Below, one piece after another: positions 23,688-36,789 of a DNA stretch of 64,000 bases. The position numbers and the translations under genes are program-made. How positions within the stretch are numbered: the stretch's first letter is position 1; every line of letters starts with the position of its first letter. This DNA is from Takakia lepidozioides (Eukaryota > Plantae > Bryophyta): contig CM060733.1 of the NCBI GenBank assembly GCA_030704615.1, positions 19,220,001 through 19,284,000 of the forward strand. The letters are read 5' to 3'. The notes under the pieces were generated by a model. The model was not told the DNA's origin and ran no database searches. It saw only the letters and a list, made by a program, of their open reading frames with translations.

Positions 23688-26569
23688 TATTCCAAACATG
23701 TCCGAGATGTACTCCAAATCGCATAGCATCCTTTCGTTCCTCCTACTAGCAGTAGTTTGTCAATTCACTGAACGTAAGAGTATGACCTCCACGTACAACA
23801 TGGCTGCCAAGGTGTACGGGATTTGGCCCTTTAAGATAGATTGATCCCACAATGTGCAATGCACCTCATTCGCCCTATGCTGGAAATGCAAGTTCGTGCA
23901 AGATTTGGACTCTGCGTAATTGTTTCGGGTTTGCACGTCATGCCTATCTAAATGCCACAATCGATTGATGTGGTACCACTTCACGAATTTTTTGCATCTC
24001 GCCATCGGCCACCTGAACTCTTCCGGAACATCCTCCCAGCCCTCTTCTGCTATGATGCTAGGGTCACCATATACTTCCTAATTCAAGTCTTGCCTTCACC
24101 ATTTGATTTTCCTAGGGGGCGGTCCATGTTCATTGGGATCATCTCTTCCATGACGCTCATCGTCCTGGCCCTCTGCCATTCTACAACAATTGGAGCAACA
24201 CTAAACGAGGTTACTAATAAGATGTAACTCTAAACCCTTAGCGCACTAAGTGTGAGCAGATTCCACTAATCGTGAGCAGATTCCCTTAAGTGTGAGCAGA
24301 AGTTAAGCGTGAGCAGAAAGTGGAAGTGGAGCGTATAGTCGTGGAAGAAGCATGGCCTATTGTCGTTGACGCAAACTTATGCCTATTGGAGGTTTACATG
24401 CCATGATGGGACCAAAGGCACCGACCTCCATGCCAGAAAATGTGGGATGAATGTGTACGAAGAACTTCTCGATGAACACGGTATTGTTGGCTGAATAATA
24501 CGTCGAGCATGTCACTCAGGTGTACTGTGATAGGGCCTGTTTTTAATGGAGTCCTGAAGTTGAAACTCAAACGCTCCCGCAGTCCCTCCTTTTTAGTGCT
24601 CGGGTTGATTTTTCGTGGTTGCCAATTTTTCCTTGCATGCTTTTGGCTGTTATAACACCATCACTGGGTTCAAGTATGATAAGTTCTATAGCAGAGTTTC
24701 TTCACACTTGAGCATATGTGCGGAGCTGCTTGGATGGTTTTCTTGCAGTATACACCTAGTCCACGACATCTGCTTCGTTGCTAGTATGCCAAAGCTGCAT
24801 CGCAAGGATAATAACCAGTAACTTGTCACTAGGTTGCATGGAAAAGAAAGCTTGTAAATATGGGCTAGATTGTGACTTGGTAATATTCTCATTCTGATCT
24901 GCGGTCTCTTTCGCATCTCTATTGTATTCATGGGCTCAGATGTTGAGCGGTGTTGAATCTAGTGGTGTGAAGGTGGAGGAGTTTGATTACCTGGACGATG
25001 GGAGAGATCAAGGCAACCAGAGTGTGGCCATGGTGGTTGTGGGTCTGATGTTGGCAGCCATGTGCATGATCAGCGGCCATGAGTAGACTTTTACTATTAT
25101 TATAGTGGATGGAATCCCAATTGGACAAGTCAGCCTTAATTCCAATCGAATGGTTCCTTACCCAGCTAATAACTTGACCATCACAATTGAACACTGCTCT
25201 CCAGATCATAGCCAACGCGACGCCAATGGGCTGTGGCGGCTACTTTGTGGCAAACACTTTGTGCATAGACAACCACTTCACACTTGGTGTCTGACACCGA
25301 TACTGTTGAGTGATGAACTAACAATTTGCCGAAGGCAGAAAGATGGGGCAGGCGCTGGTATGGAGATGCCACCAAGTAATGGTGGATGGAGTCATAGCTT
25401 GCATATATGATTCGACATATTGAAACAGAAAATAGCTATCTGGCTCACTTTGAAAGAGGGACCTATACACTGTCAGAGTTCAGATTGCTGAGTGAAGGTG
25501 CTGGAAGGTATGGTGAACTTGGCTTCCTTGAGTCTCAGCCTGCTTGCATTGTGGTGACACTATTAAGTAGCCACTTAATTAATACGTGTTAAAGAATGTA
25601 TAGAGATATGTGCAATCAGCAGATTTGAGCTCTGGGGCAAATTATGAGGCAAAGCTGGTCGATCAGAAGTTGGTTAGAAGCTGATCAGAAGGAGAAGCAT
25701 GAGCTGCGGCATGTTTGACCACCGATAGAGGCATAGCAGATGTGCACAAGGAAGGACCAGCCACGTAGCAATAGCCTGCTCTGTGATCAAGTCTTGCATC
25801 AGGTCTAGGCGATCGCGTTAATGTTGTGAGACATGGTGAATCTCATATAACGTTGCGGGCCTAGTGAAGGAAGACCAGGTTGCTCTTGGGGTATAGGCCA
25901 ATGGTCGATGAAGGTACTAGCACCACCTTGGAAATCACGAATTGAACGTGGAGATGGTCTTATTGTTGTGGCTGATATCTACTGCCCAACAATACGTGAA
26001 TGGTTGCAGAAAGCCATCCTGGTTGTGGTCACTGTGTCATGCAAAAGTCATGCCACAAAGCCGAAATGAAATAGGGGATAAATTGAACCACAGGAAATAG
26101 CGTATCGGATGGAGTTTGGCAGCCCGGCAGGTCATGCAAAGGGACGTTGGTTTGCAACCTGCAGCCACTTAGGTTGTCCAGCCGTAGCTAGCTAGTGATC
26201 CGTATGTGTGCCGTCTAGCATGAGGCTGTTGGGGTACTGGCATTACAAGATGGGATGATCTGTGGCAGGGCAGGAGACGGGGTCCATCTTATACAACAAC
26301 GATAACCTTGCATTGATCGCAACAGCTTGAACAAGGTGTTATCATTCTGGAACTTGGCATACCAATGAAGAGATTACCTTTAGCATGGTAGTTCCAGTCT
26401 GGAGCGATTGAGTTGAAAAATCTAAGATCGTCATATTTCAGATATGAGCCAGGCATGAGTCCAAGGAATTCTTAGGAAACCAGGGAACAGGGAACCAAGA
26501 CAAGTTATTGAAAATAGATTTTCCCCTGTATTTGTTTATTTTTTAAAGGGTGCTATGTTTAAAGAGCCT

Positions 26570-29542
26570 GGTTGGTCATATCTTTGTCAAATGAGCTCCG
26601 TTTGAGGCAGTTTTTGGGGGGATAGCTGCAGAAAGGGGAAATCTACCTACTGGTTTTAGTTTTTTGGACTTGACCAAAAATCTATAGAATTTTTCTAATG
26701 TAAATTAGATCCTCCCCACATGTATTTGAGGTCTATTGAAGAAGCTGTTTCAAGTTAGGGTTGATCACTTAGCTTTCTGTTTATAACACACCTGTCACTC
26801 TTTAACATTAGTGTATGGCTAGAGAGGAAATGGAGAGTGTCGGGATGAGGGCATGCTAGGGTTAGGAATTTCTTTAGTCTCTCCTTCCCATAGCTTCCAC
26901 CCTCTCGGTAGGCCAAAACCTTTCCATAGGTGGAGACAAGAGGCAGTCCGGGTTTTTGGGCTGGGGTATTCTGTAGGAGCAACACCACGAAGGTGTGGGG
27001 GTGTTGATGTTTTGATTTCTTGTGTTTGGATCCCCCCCACACCTGCATGCTTGACTGTGCGCCATGTTGGTTTTGTGTGGGCGTTTGCTTTCATAGGGAT
27101 TAGGCCGGAATTGATCACTGGTCAATCCTAGAGTATGTTGTCGGTGATGAGGCTGGAGTGATGACCAGCAAGACCACTAGTGTTTTTTCTATGGTGAGGC
27201 TGGATTGATGACTTGCCAACCATATGAGTTTTTGCGGTGGATGCAGTTGCAAGTGCCCTTAGCCACTGGGATATGACCCTTGAGCCGCAACAGGTGCCCA
27301 CCCGTGTCATTTTTGAACTTCTTGTAGAGCCTTATAGTGACACACTGGGGGAGGTGTGGGTTGTGAGTGTCATCACGGAGTTACCCAAGGCTTATGAGAG
27401 GAGTGCAGCTACAAGCAATAGAAGTGACAGTGGGTTCACGAGGCGAGGGGTTTAGTTTAGACCACCTTCATCTCCACCCTCAACCGGTGCAGAGTCTAAC
27501 ATAGACTCGGAGGCCTCATCAACAGGTGCGCAGTTTCCTTCGCCATTGTTGTGGGACGACATGGAGGGGATGTATGGAGCTACCAAGGGGCCTTGTTGGT
27601 ACTCTGGGGCTGTGGGCACAATCGAGCTGGATGACTTTATCCAGGAGTTCGATAGCTGATGTGATTTGTAGCAGATGTACAATCCACAGCTGTTTACCCC
27701 ATTCATGGCGTGGAAGGGACTGTTCCAACATTTGGAAGGCCCGCCTATAGATTATTACCACGAGTTTAGGCAAGGACACGAAGCAGAGATTGAGGAATGG
27801 AGAATGTATTGGTCACCTGACTACGTCTCCATTACTCGAGGTACGACGCGACCAGCAGCTGCATCAACACCAACGTCTCCAATTGCAAGCACTAGTAGTA
27901 GGACAAGTGGTACATGAGCTGGGAAATCCACTCAAGCTCCGTTGTAACACCAGCACTCGTTGTTGTCTTCAACCCAGTGGTGGAGTTTTTCCAGGAGTTA
28001 AGGAGGAACTACCAAGGAGTACGGACAAAGAAGCTGCGAAGTTTGCAAGACTTTCAGCACAAATCCAGTGAGAGCTTGCGAGAGGCCTACACTCGTATGA
28101 GGCGCTTGATAAGTGTGACCCAAGGGGTTAATGAAGCTCAGGCAGTCTAGTTCTGGTATGGAATTTTGGACAAGGAGCTCAGGAGAAGGGAGCGGGATGC
28201 AACCCTGTTATAAGCAGCCCAACCCACATTAGCAGATGTATTTCTGCTGGCTGAACGGATTGAGCTCAATATGGTGGAGGAACGAGTTGTTACCATTGGA
28301 TTTGGCAAGGACATGCTTGCACGAGGCGCAGCTACTAGCCAACAGCCTTCGGGACTGCCCAACAGCGTGGTCAGGGGGGCAAGGTTGCCTAACCCAAATT
28401 CCATGGAGCTTATAGGGGACCTCAGGTGTAGAGGCCAGTAGCTTCTTTTGCAGGCAAACAGCAACCAGGGGTGGTGTATTGGACATGTGGAGGACCCCAT
28501 GTCAAGAAGGATTGCCCAGAAAGCGGCAAAGGGCCGGCACAAGCACAGCCTGCACAGTTGCAGTGTGGCCATTGTGGTAAGTATTGGCATGGAGAGACAT
28601 TGTTATGACTTGCACCCTGAGTTGCGGCGAGGCCAGTTCCAAAGGAGCAATGGTGGCCGAGGGCAAAATGGAGATGTGGAGGTTAGGGCATTCACCAAGG
28701 CATGGCCAACCGGCTTCAGTAGCTAGAGCAAAGGCTTGCTGCCATGGCCACAGCTCAGGTGGTACCGGCTCCAAAACCTGAGGGTCCACCTCTTATTCCT
28801 CCTTAGCAGCGTCATCCTGATGGAGGAGACATGGGAGGCATGGGAGGTATGGGATTTATGTGCGGGGTAGTACTCGGAGGACCACTTGTAAAGGTGGATT
28901 CTGCTACAGTTGTGACTTGAGGAGCAGTACGAGTTCATGATCCACGAAGTACAGAGGTGGAGTTAGATCCACAGCATGGGGAGGCAAGCCGTCAGGCCAG
29001 GCTGCCTCAACATTCACATTGGCGGAGACAGTGTCGACGCCATCTATGGCACCTAGTTCTCGCCCGACGGATACCGAGGCGGAGGTTATTGTGCCCTTGG
29101 AGGGAGCCACACGAGTAGCACCAATACCTGCTGCCAAGGCTAGTGCAGCCAGTGTGCTGCTGGGGGTGGCCACATCTGTATGTCAGGCCCCATTGTTCTC
29201 GGCGACCATGATTGGCCTAGAGAATTGCTAGAAGACAATGCTCATGCAGAGGATGTGCCACCTTCAGCAGAACATGATGTATGCATGGTATGGCGGAGTT
29301 GCCTGCCATGGTTGCTCACACTCCATTGTGGGGCACAAGCAAGGATTTGCAGCATGCTGCTGGTAGACTGCAACAAGCCTGTTTAGAGGCATTTCTACCG
29401 TCAGGAGAGGAGGAGAGTGTGGTAATTGCACCAGGACCACCTTAGTTATCACCATTGGACACCACACCTATTGTGTGGCAGTACCCGGATGAAGGCATCT
29501 GCCTTCTAGACTTGTTTGGCGGGATCAGCACTGGTTTGGCTG
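26570..29542 (+). mobile_element. Copy 3 of the DNMT-gypsy family: degraded gag, an internal deletion, and truncation in DNMT motif I; 5' limit uncertain
   Basis: 26570-26690 is the reverse complement of about 21260-21375. The gag matches copy 2 (LFTPFMAWKGLFQHLEGPP) and retains two Zn knuckles (xWTCGGPHVKKDC; CGHCGK..H..CYDLHPE). The homology ends at EGICLLDLFGGISTGLA. Confidence 0.85.
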
Positions 29543-30839
29543 TTGTTACCAGCACGGTTTTTCGGTTAGACCTCAAGACATGGCTACCGTTGCTGATCTT
29601 TACTTCTCTGGATTTGTTTGCTTGCAACTAGACGACCCTTCGAAAATATTTTTATAAAAAGAGGCTTGTTTCGCCAATCAATACATCATCCGGCAGGAAA
29701 AACGTAAAATCCTACAAGGAATATCAAGAATCATCATCGCTATCCTATTTCGTAGCCTACTCTTCCTTCCACATAAATTCGGTAACCTATTTCGCAATCC
29801 GGTTTCGCAGCCTACTCTACCTTCTGTACAAATTCAATATTGGTCATTGTTTCATGCTTGTAACGAAGGAGGGTCTCAGTAATAGTCCTATGAGTCTCAG
29901 GGGAGTAATCTGGAGGGGTATAGCTCAGAGACCCTGGAACGTATTCTACTGAACCGGTGGAGTAGGCAAGAGAGCCAATCATAGTTATATTCAGGGTAGG
30001 GTTCACGAAGAGTCTCTCGAATTGTCCTACCCGTCTCAGGGGGAGAGTCTGCAGGGGTGTATTCTACAGGGCAAGAGGTCAGAGATCTAGGGTAGTATTC
30101 TGGCGACGCAGCCGAATAGCCAGGAGAGCATGAGGTGTGCACAGGGGAGTCTGGAGATGATGCCACATATCTTGATGACCCAGAAGATGTCACTCTGGCA
30201 ATCTGCGTAGACTCGCAACCGCTGATATCCAGATTTTCATGTACAGCTGTCTTGTTTGGGCCCTGCGGATTGTACAGATTTTTCACCCGGCCGGAGTTGT
30301 GACGTAATTCTTGGATTCCTAGAGGACTACAACTCCTGCACCTTTTACAATGCCCCGTCCAAGAATGTCCCGAGCTTGCGCGACCGGTTCCCCACCCATG
30401 CTCCGTGGTTTCATATTGACATCACATGGAAATCACAGGAGGAAACGACGTGCTATAAGGAAGGGTTGAACCTCGCTTTATAAGTGGAGGTTCGTAAACC
30501 GGCTATCCCATTCATCATTAACTTTTGTTACCCAATTTGGTTATAAACTACGAAACGTCACAACTCCTAGTACAACAATGTGGTCGGATATTCTCAATGT
30601 TTTTCATGGGGTCATGGCATGCCCTTTTCCTGCCTGTGGCCGCACACATTTACAGGAACCTCCACTGGACAGTGGAGGTTCCACTTTCTACTTCTAATGA
30701 AGTTTATGTGGCTCTACGAATACTGTCATTGAAAAGATCTACGGTGACCTACGAGTAGAGTAGGCTACGGTGGATCTGGGTTGCAGAAAAAGGCAGTGAA
30801 TATTTGGCAAAACTGGATGACCATTAAAATGAGGAGTAC

Positions 30840-31280
30840 AAAAACTTGCTGAAACCCTAATCCGTCATCTGCAACCGGCCAAAAAAACAAAAACCCGAAA
30901 ACTAGAAAAAACAAAACCAACAGCAGAGAAAACCAAACCCTCAACACAAACAAAACCTACAAAGCGAAACCACCAGCAAACGAGACGACCAACACAAACA
31001 CAACACCGCTAACTGACAAAAACAAATTGAACAGGCCGGCAAACAAACAAGCAGGAAAGCAAGTAAGCAAACAGCAGACCAAACTAATAGCCAAGCAAAC
31101 AAACAGACGGGTAACAGGAAAGAGCAAACAAGACAAAACACACAGAAAAGTAGACCTGCAAACATGAAACAGGAAAGCAAACATGCAAACAACAATCAGG
31201 AAATAGGAAAACAGACATACAAACAGGAAATGAAGCAAACATGTGAAATTGCAGCTATTCTCTTCATGACAGAGCACAAA
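30840..31280. repeat. A/C-rich low-complexity tract (AAAC/AAAACC-like)
   Basis: Directly visible; it generates spurious hydrophobic ORFs on the minus strand. Confidence 0.7.
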
Positions 31281-33200
31281 AAACCAGAAATGGTCCGTGG
31301 AATACTTCACCAAATTGGTAGGATTTGGGACTGCATTTATATGGAAGCACAGAGTGGTTGTGCTCTATCAAATTAGAAACAGGGTCGCGGCATGGAGATT
31401 TTCTGCTGCTAACACAGAGTGGTTTGTCCCTTGTTTGACAAAAACCCACAGTCCTCATCCTATCCTCTCCTCTCCAAAAAGCCACAGAAAACAAATCTAA
31501 TTGACAAAGGGGGTTCTACGCATGCAAGAGTCCAAATCCATGACAAAAAAACTGTAAAAGGAGCTCCCTCCGCTGCCTCTGCTATCCGCTTTCAGTTGTT
31601 ACTGCGCTCCCCACTGCAGTTTCTCTACTCTCCGCTGTCTGTCTGTTGTCTCTCTGCTCTCTGCTTCGCTCACCCACTCTCACTAATCTCCACTGTCCAC
31701 GCTCTGCTCAAAGGTCTCTCCTTTCACGCTCTCTGCAAGGATTTTGGCAGGGCTTCCGCGTACACAAAACATGAGTGAAAGAGTGCAATGAACGCGGGGT
31801 CGGCTTATATGCCATTTTCTCAAAAATGTGAACTGTTCGCATCGATTGAAATCGAACGGCCACCATGGCGGATGGCGCTTCAAATGGATGTTGTGGCACA
31901 TCCATCCAATCAGACGAATGAAATATTGACATTAATGAGAAGGGATGAAAAGGTTTTTTGCTGCAACTCTGCGTAGGATAATAACTCTGTCTCAGCACTT
32001 TCCAAACTCTTCAGCCATCACGTCCCCTTAACGGCGTTTCAATATCATGCCCGTTTTAATTAGTGTGGTGGTGATAAATGCTACCAAACCTCGATCCAGG
32101 AGAAGCATCCTCGATCCACCCACGTCATCTAATACACAAGCACATATACCAGAATTTCAAAAAACGATGGGAATGTTAATGATTGATCCGAAGGCAAAAT
32201 CTATCTTTCGTTATGGAGTGGACCGCCTTCCATAAATACTCCGCCTTGCCTGTTTTACGAGATCAACATCTTTCACGGTGACAGCAATGTCTGCTGCAAG
32301 TCAGAGCCGCACGGCTTTTATGGCACGCATATCAACGGTACCAAACATTCATCTAGCTATATGTCTATTCAATGCTATCTTTTAACTTTGACAAGTACGC
32401 GAGCATTCATGCAGATTTCGGCGGTTATTCTTCTGCCATCATCATTGGGAGATATGGTGCACTCAATTGACGACAACGTTTGCACGAATCCACAAGAACC
32501 GTTAGATTCGCAGACTCTCGCTTATCAACGGTGGCCATCATCGATCTTGGAGACAATGAAACCAAGCTTCCCATTGGACACATTAGGAAACACACATCAG
32601 TATATAAGGTCTTGCTGCACACCATACCCATTTCTCTCCACAGGCCTCTCATTTGCATCTTCTTCTTCCGCTCTGACTCTAGCAGACCTCTCTCCCGATC
32701 GCCCAGGGGTTGTTGCCCTCAATGCACCTCACTGTGTTTTTCCACAGTATCTCTTAAGTACTTGTTTGTTCGTACCCATGTGGGATATGCTGATATTTTA
32801 TTTTCTTACAAATTATATTTCTTTTCATATTTCTTTCATTATCTATTTACAACACATGCTCTGAGCGCCTGTCTCATTATCTTTCCTCTGCAAGACCTCC
32901 ACTGGCCAATCGAGACATTGTCACCCATTCATCCAAAATCACTTTTATCCATCCACAATAGGTGCTTTCATCCACTTTTACTCATCCATTTGCTTCTTTT
33001 TCATCCGGAAATCATCCATTCTTCATCCAACCTCCATTGTTCAGTGGAGGTCAAAGATCTGCTATCCCACCGTCTTCCAGAAATCATATAAGTAGTCTGA
33101 ATTATTTCTTGTGTTCGATTTCGCCATAGTTGTGTCTGAATATTTCTTTCTCCCATTCCAAATTGTGTAACCTTCACTGATCAGTGGAGATTCTTTCATC

Positions 33201-35640
33201 ATGGGGTTCCAGATTGGTCAAAAAGTGGTCCTGTCACTTCCACGGTCTACAGCAGGAGATTGCCTCAATATCTCCGGAGTGGGAACTTGCCATGGACACA
33301 AATTGACGTCCTCTACCATCTCCGTGATCTTAACCTCTTGTGACGACGCAGTCGGATCCAATCGTCTGCCTTATCCACATATGGATGCTGAAACGTTGAA
33401 GGAGGCCATTGGGACACCAGTTGTTTGGGATGTATCAGGTGTTGACCAACAAAAAGATAACGTTGGAGAGTATAGCATGGATAGGGGTACTCCGTCTGTC
33501 ACGCAGGAGAATTGTAGCATTGAAGATTTCCTCCATGACACTGATTTTCCTGGGAACAGAGAAACTTTGGATGATTCCAGTGAAGGATTGGGGAGGAACA
33601 GCTGGAGAAACATGCAGTGTTTGCTCCTTGGTGATGATGGTAACACCCTGTTCGAAGGTCGAATACAAGCTTGCACACCGGACGAAGTAATTCTCAATGA
33701 CAAGCTTGGAGAGGACGATGTTGGGGTTCTTGTGACCAGAATATTATCTGGAGGATCTGGTTGTCTGATGTCACTTGTAGAAAGGGCGTCTGTTGTCTAT
33801 TGATTTGGAGAATTTCATCCAATCTTCTGATGATACTCAACGTGACAATAATGAGACTGGTGTGAGGAAATTGACGTTCATGCATTTCACCAGGAAGAAG
33901 TTGGTTGGCACAACACATGACTCCAAAAAATGCAAGAGAAATGTTACTATGGAGGAAGTCCGATCTGTTAGCAGCAAAAATTGCTGCATACTTCAGTGCT
34001 GGCAATATTTTGATTGGAGGAAAATGTTGGCTATCCGCACTGCATTTTGAGGGTCCACATTTGATGAAAGGAGAGAACATGGACTAAATGTTTCTAAAGG
34101 ACTTCACGTGCTGGAAGGAACGTCACGAAGGGCTTACGTAACCATTGAGGGTGTTGATGTTTGTGAGAAAGCATGGCGGACAATTCATGGTATTGGTAGG
34201 TCCACCTACATGGAGTACAAAAAGTTGAGTAAAGAGGGTTGGCTGTCATCTCTTCATGGGAACCGTGGCTTGAAGCGGCCGCAAGCACAGACCATCCAGG
34301 CAGAGGGGACAATCATGTCCATTATTAACGGGAATTCGGACCTCATGCCTCATAAGACGGTGTGCATTGGGGATGGAAGGCGGGATACTTTGAGGGTCTT
34401 ACCACCGGAAATGAACTGGAAGAGAATACGAGAGGAGTCCAACAAGGTAATCATTCTGCATTGTTTTTTTCCGTCACTCAAATTTGTTTTGTACCTTGAA
34501 CACTTCAAACATTTTCATTTCTTTTTGGCATGTCTGTTTCCCAAACCTCCATTGGCCAGTCGACGTTCATAGTCTGACACTTTGGGGTTCAGACGAACAA
34601 AGTTTTTGAATTGAAACCAATCTCGTAGCCTGCTGTAAGCCTTAACATGAATAGAATATTTCCGAACGTGGAGGTTCGAAAAACTGGAACCACATTTGCA
34701 AAGTGCACGGAATGTGAGATGTTGAAGGACTTGATCAAGAAGTCTATCAAGAGGAGTGCGGAACAGGTCGCACATAAACCAGCGCTTGATAAACATTTGA
34801 GGCACCAGGAGTCATGCGGAAGATTGTACCATAGCTGGAGGAATGAGTCAATTATGATTCCGGAGGAGTTTCTCTGTATTATTCACAATAAGATGGATCA
34901 TAGGAAAACAGCTATTCCGAGGCTACAGACAACCAACAAGATGATCTCGGGATTGGGTCAGTTGCCTATCTTGCTAACGGGAATGGTCACACATGGACAT
35001 GGGGATGGAGCATACGGTCAGTTCTCTCTCGAGTTCTGGAAGGGAAATTCAAACTTTACTATTGGTTCTTTGGCTCATTGTCTTCGCCACTTTGAGAAGC
35101 CAATCTGTCGAGAGTCCATGAGTGCTTTTGAGGAGATCCAGCTGGGGTTTTTCATGGTTAGCCACACTCATGAGAATGTTGACAGTTTCTTTAGCTACCT
35201 ATCGAAGAAGCTAATGGAACGGAACACCTACATTCTTCCAGATTTGATGAGGTCTGCAGTTTATTCCACAACTTATTCAGGAGGTACCCGACTTTAAGAA
35301 GTTTGTCAAAGGCTTTATTCTGGATGGAAATGAAGAGTTGATCGGGACTTCCAAGATGCATGAATTTCGGTTTTTTGTAGATGCGGAGGGGTGGCCGGTA
35401 ATGAAGTACAAGAAGTCTGCCACTGATTCAGATTGGCTTCCAACCAACACTAGCATCAAGATGGAAGTCGAATCCAGATGGGACTCCCAAGCTCCCCGAA
35501 GGAGACCCATTGCCGTTCCACGAACTCATAAATGGGGAACCAAAGACGACTCTTCTGAGAAACAGTCTTTCATAAAAAATGGAATAAAAAAATATAGGGA
35601 TTTTTGGACAAAATGCATGTTACTCGATGAACCTTGTGTT
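33201..35640 (+). mobile_element. Degraded cut-and-paste DNA transposase gene, Sola-like
   Basis: VCEKAWRTIHGIGRS..HGNRG, FAKCTECEML, HLRHQ, LCIIHNKMDHRKT..PRL, GNSNFTI, FFMVSHTHENVDSFFSYLSKKL. Frameshifts, a probable intron at about 34447-34571, and an apparent internal deletion. Confidence 0.6.
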
Positions 35641-36789
35641 TTCATGAGAAGCGGTTCAGCCTGGAGTGCAAGGATCCGTGCATGAGCCTATCCAAAGTGG
35701 ATAGAGTGCAAAGGCGAACAGGTTGCAGGTTTGCAATGGATAGAGAGGCGGGTAGCCTATGTTAAAGAGCGGCGTTGCATAGCTCAACGCTATGGCAACC
35801 AAGTTTGGGCTTCTAGTGTGAAGCGGGGGAGATGCTGGTCTCGAGTGGGCGAACTGGTGGTCGTCTTCTTCAGCTGCAAGCCGAGTTAATGAGCTGCAGC
35901 AATGTGGAGCTGCAAGGGTGTTAGATGTAAGTCACAGTTATCGGGAGCTCCAACTTCAAGCTCATAAGGAGCTATGAGTGAAGAGAGATGGCTGATTTCT
36001 CTTGTATGCAAGCCAATGCATTTGTGGCTATGTTGAGTTGGGGGTTTCAATCTGAAACTCCAGCGGTATGAGGGCTCTTGCCATGGCAAGAGCGGGGCTG
36101 GAACAAGAGCTAAGAGGTGCGGCAAGGCCATGGAATGTGCACCTAGGGTTTCAAAGCTTGGAAGAAAAGCTCTTGCTCTTTAAGATGAGTGTCTTGTGGC
36201 TGGAAATGTAAGCCTTAGGGTTTCAGGAGCTTGGCAAAGGCTGTGGAGTGCTTAGTCTTGTCTTAGAGAGCATCAAGGAGCCAAGGAGCCAAGATAGGGG
36301 GCTGATTCCTCTTGTGTGAAGAGGTTGCATGTGTGGAGCATGCATTCAGCTCATTGAAGCTTCCATCTTCAAGCTTGGAGGGCAAGCAAGGAAGAGGGAA
36401 GGGCTGACTTCCCTTATGTGAGGGCAATGCATGTGTGGAGCATGCTATCAGCCTGGTGAAGGCTTGTACTTTCAGGTGTGGGAGTGCAAGAAAGGAAGGA
36501 AGGGGCTGGTTTCCCCATAGGGCATGTGTGGAGCATGTTTTCAGCCCGCTGAAGCTTGTATTTTCAAGTTGGTAGGTGCAAGAAAGAAAGCAAAGGGGCT
36601 GATTCTCTGGTGGTGAGAGTGGGTCCACACATGCCTTCAGTCCATTGGGCTTTTGTTTTCAAGTTTTAGAGAACTAGAAGAGAAGGTAAGAGGCTGATCT
36701 GCTCTTATGTGACAGTCCGACACTTGTAGAGCGTGTTCTGAGTTGGGGTTTCAACCTCAAGCCTAGATAGAGCATGGCTCTTGAAGTGG

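Noticed and set aside
24400-26500. Decayed coding region upstream of copy 3
   Set aside because: Only short ORFs with no motif I could recognise; it cannot be assigned without a search.
30765-31313. Hydrophobic membrane-protein ORFs on the minus strand
   Set aside because: Artefact of the A/C-rich low-complexity tract.
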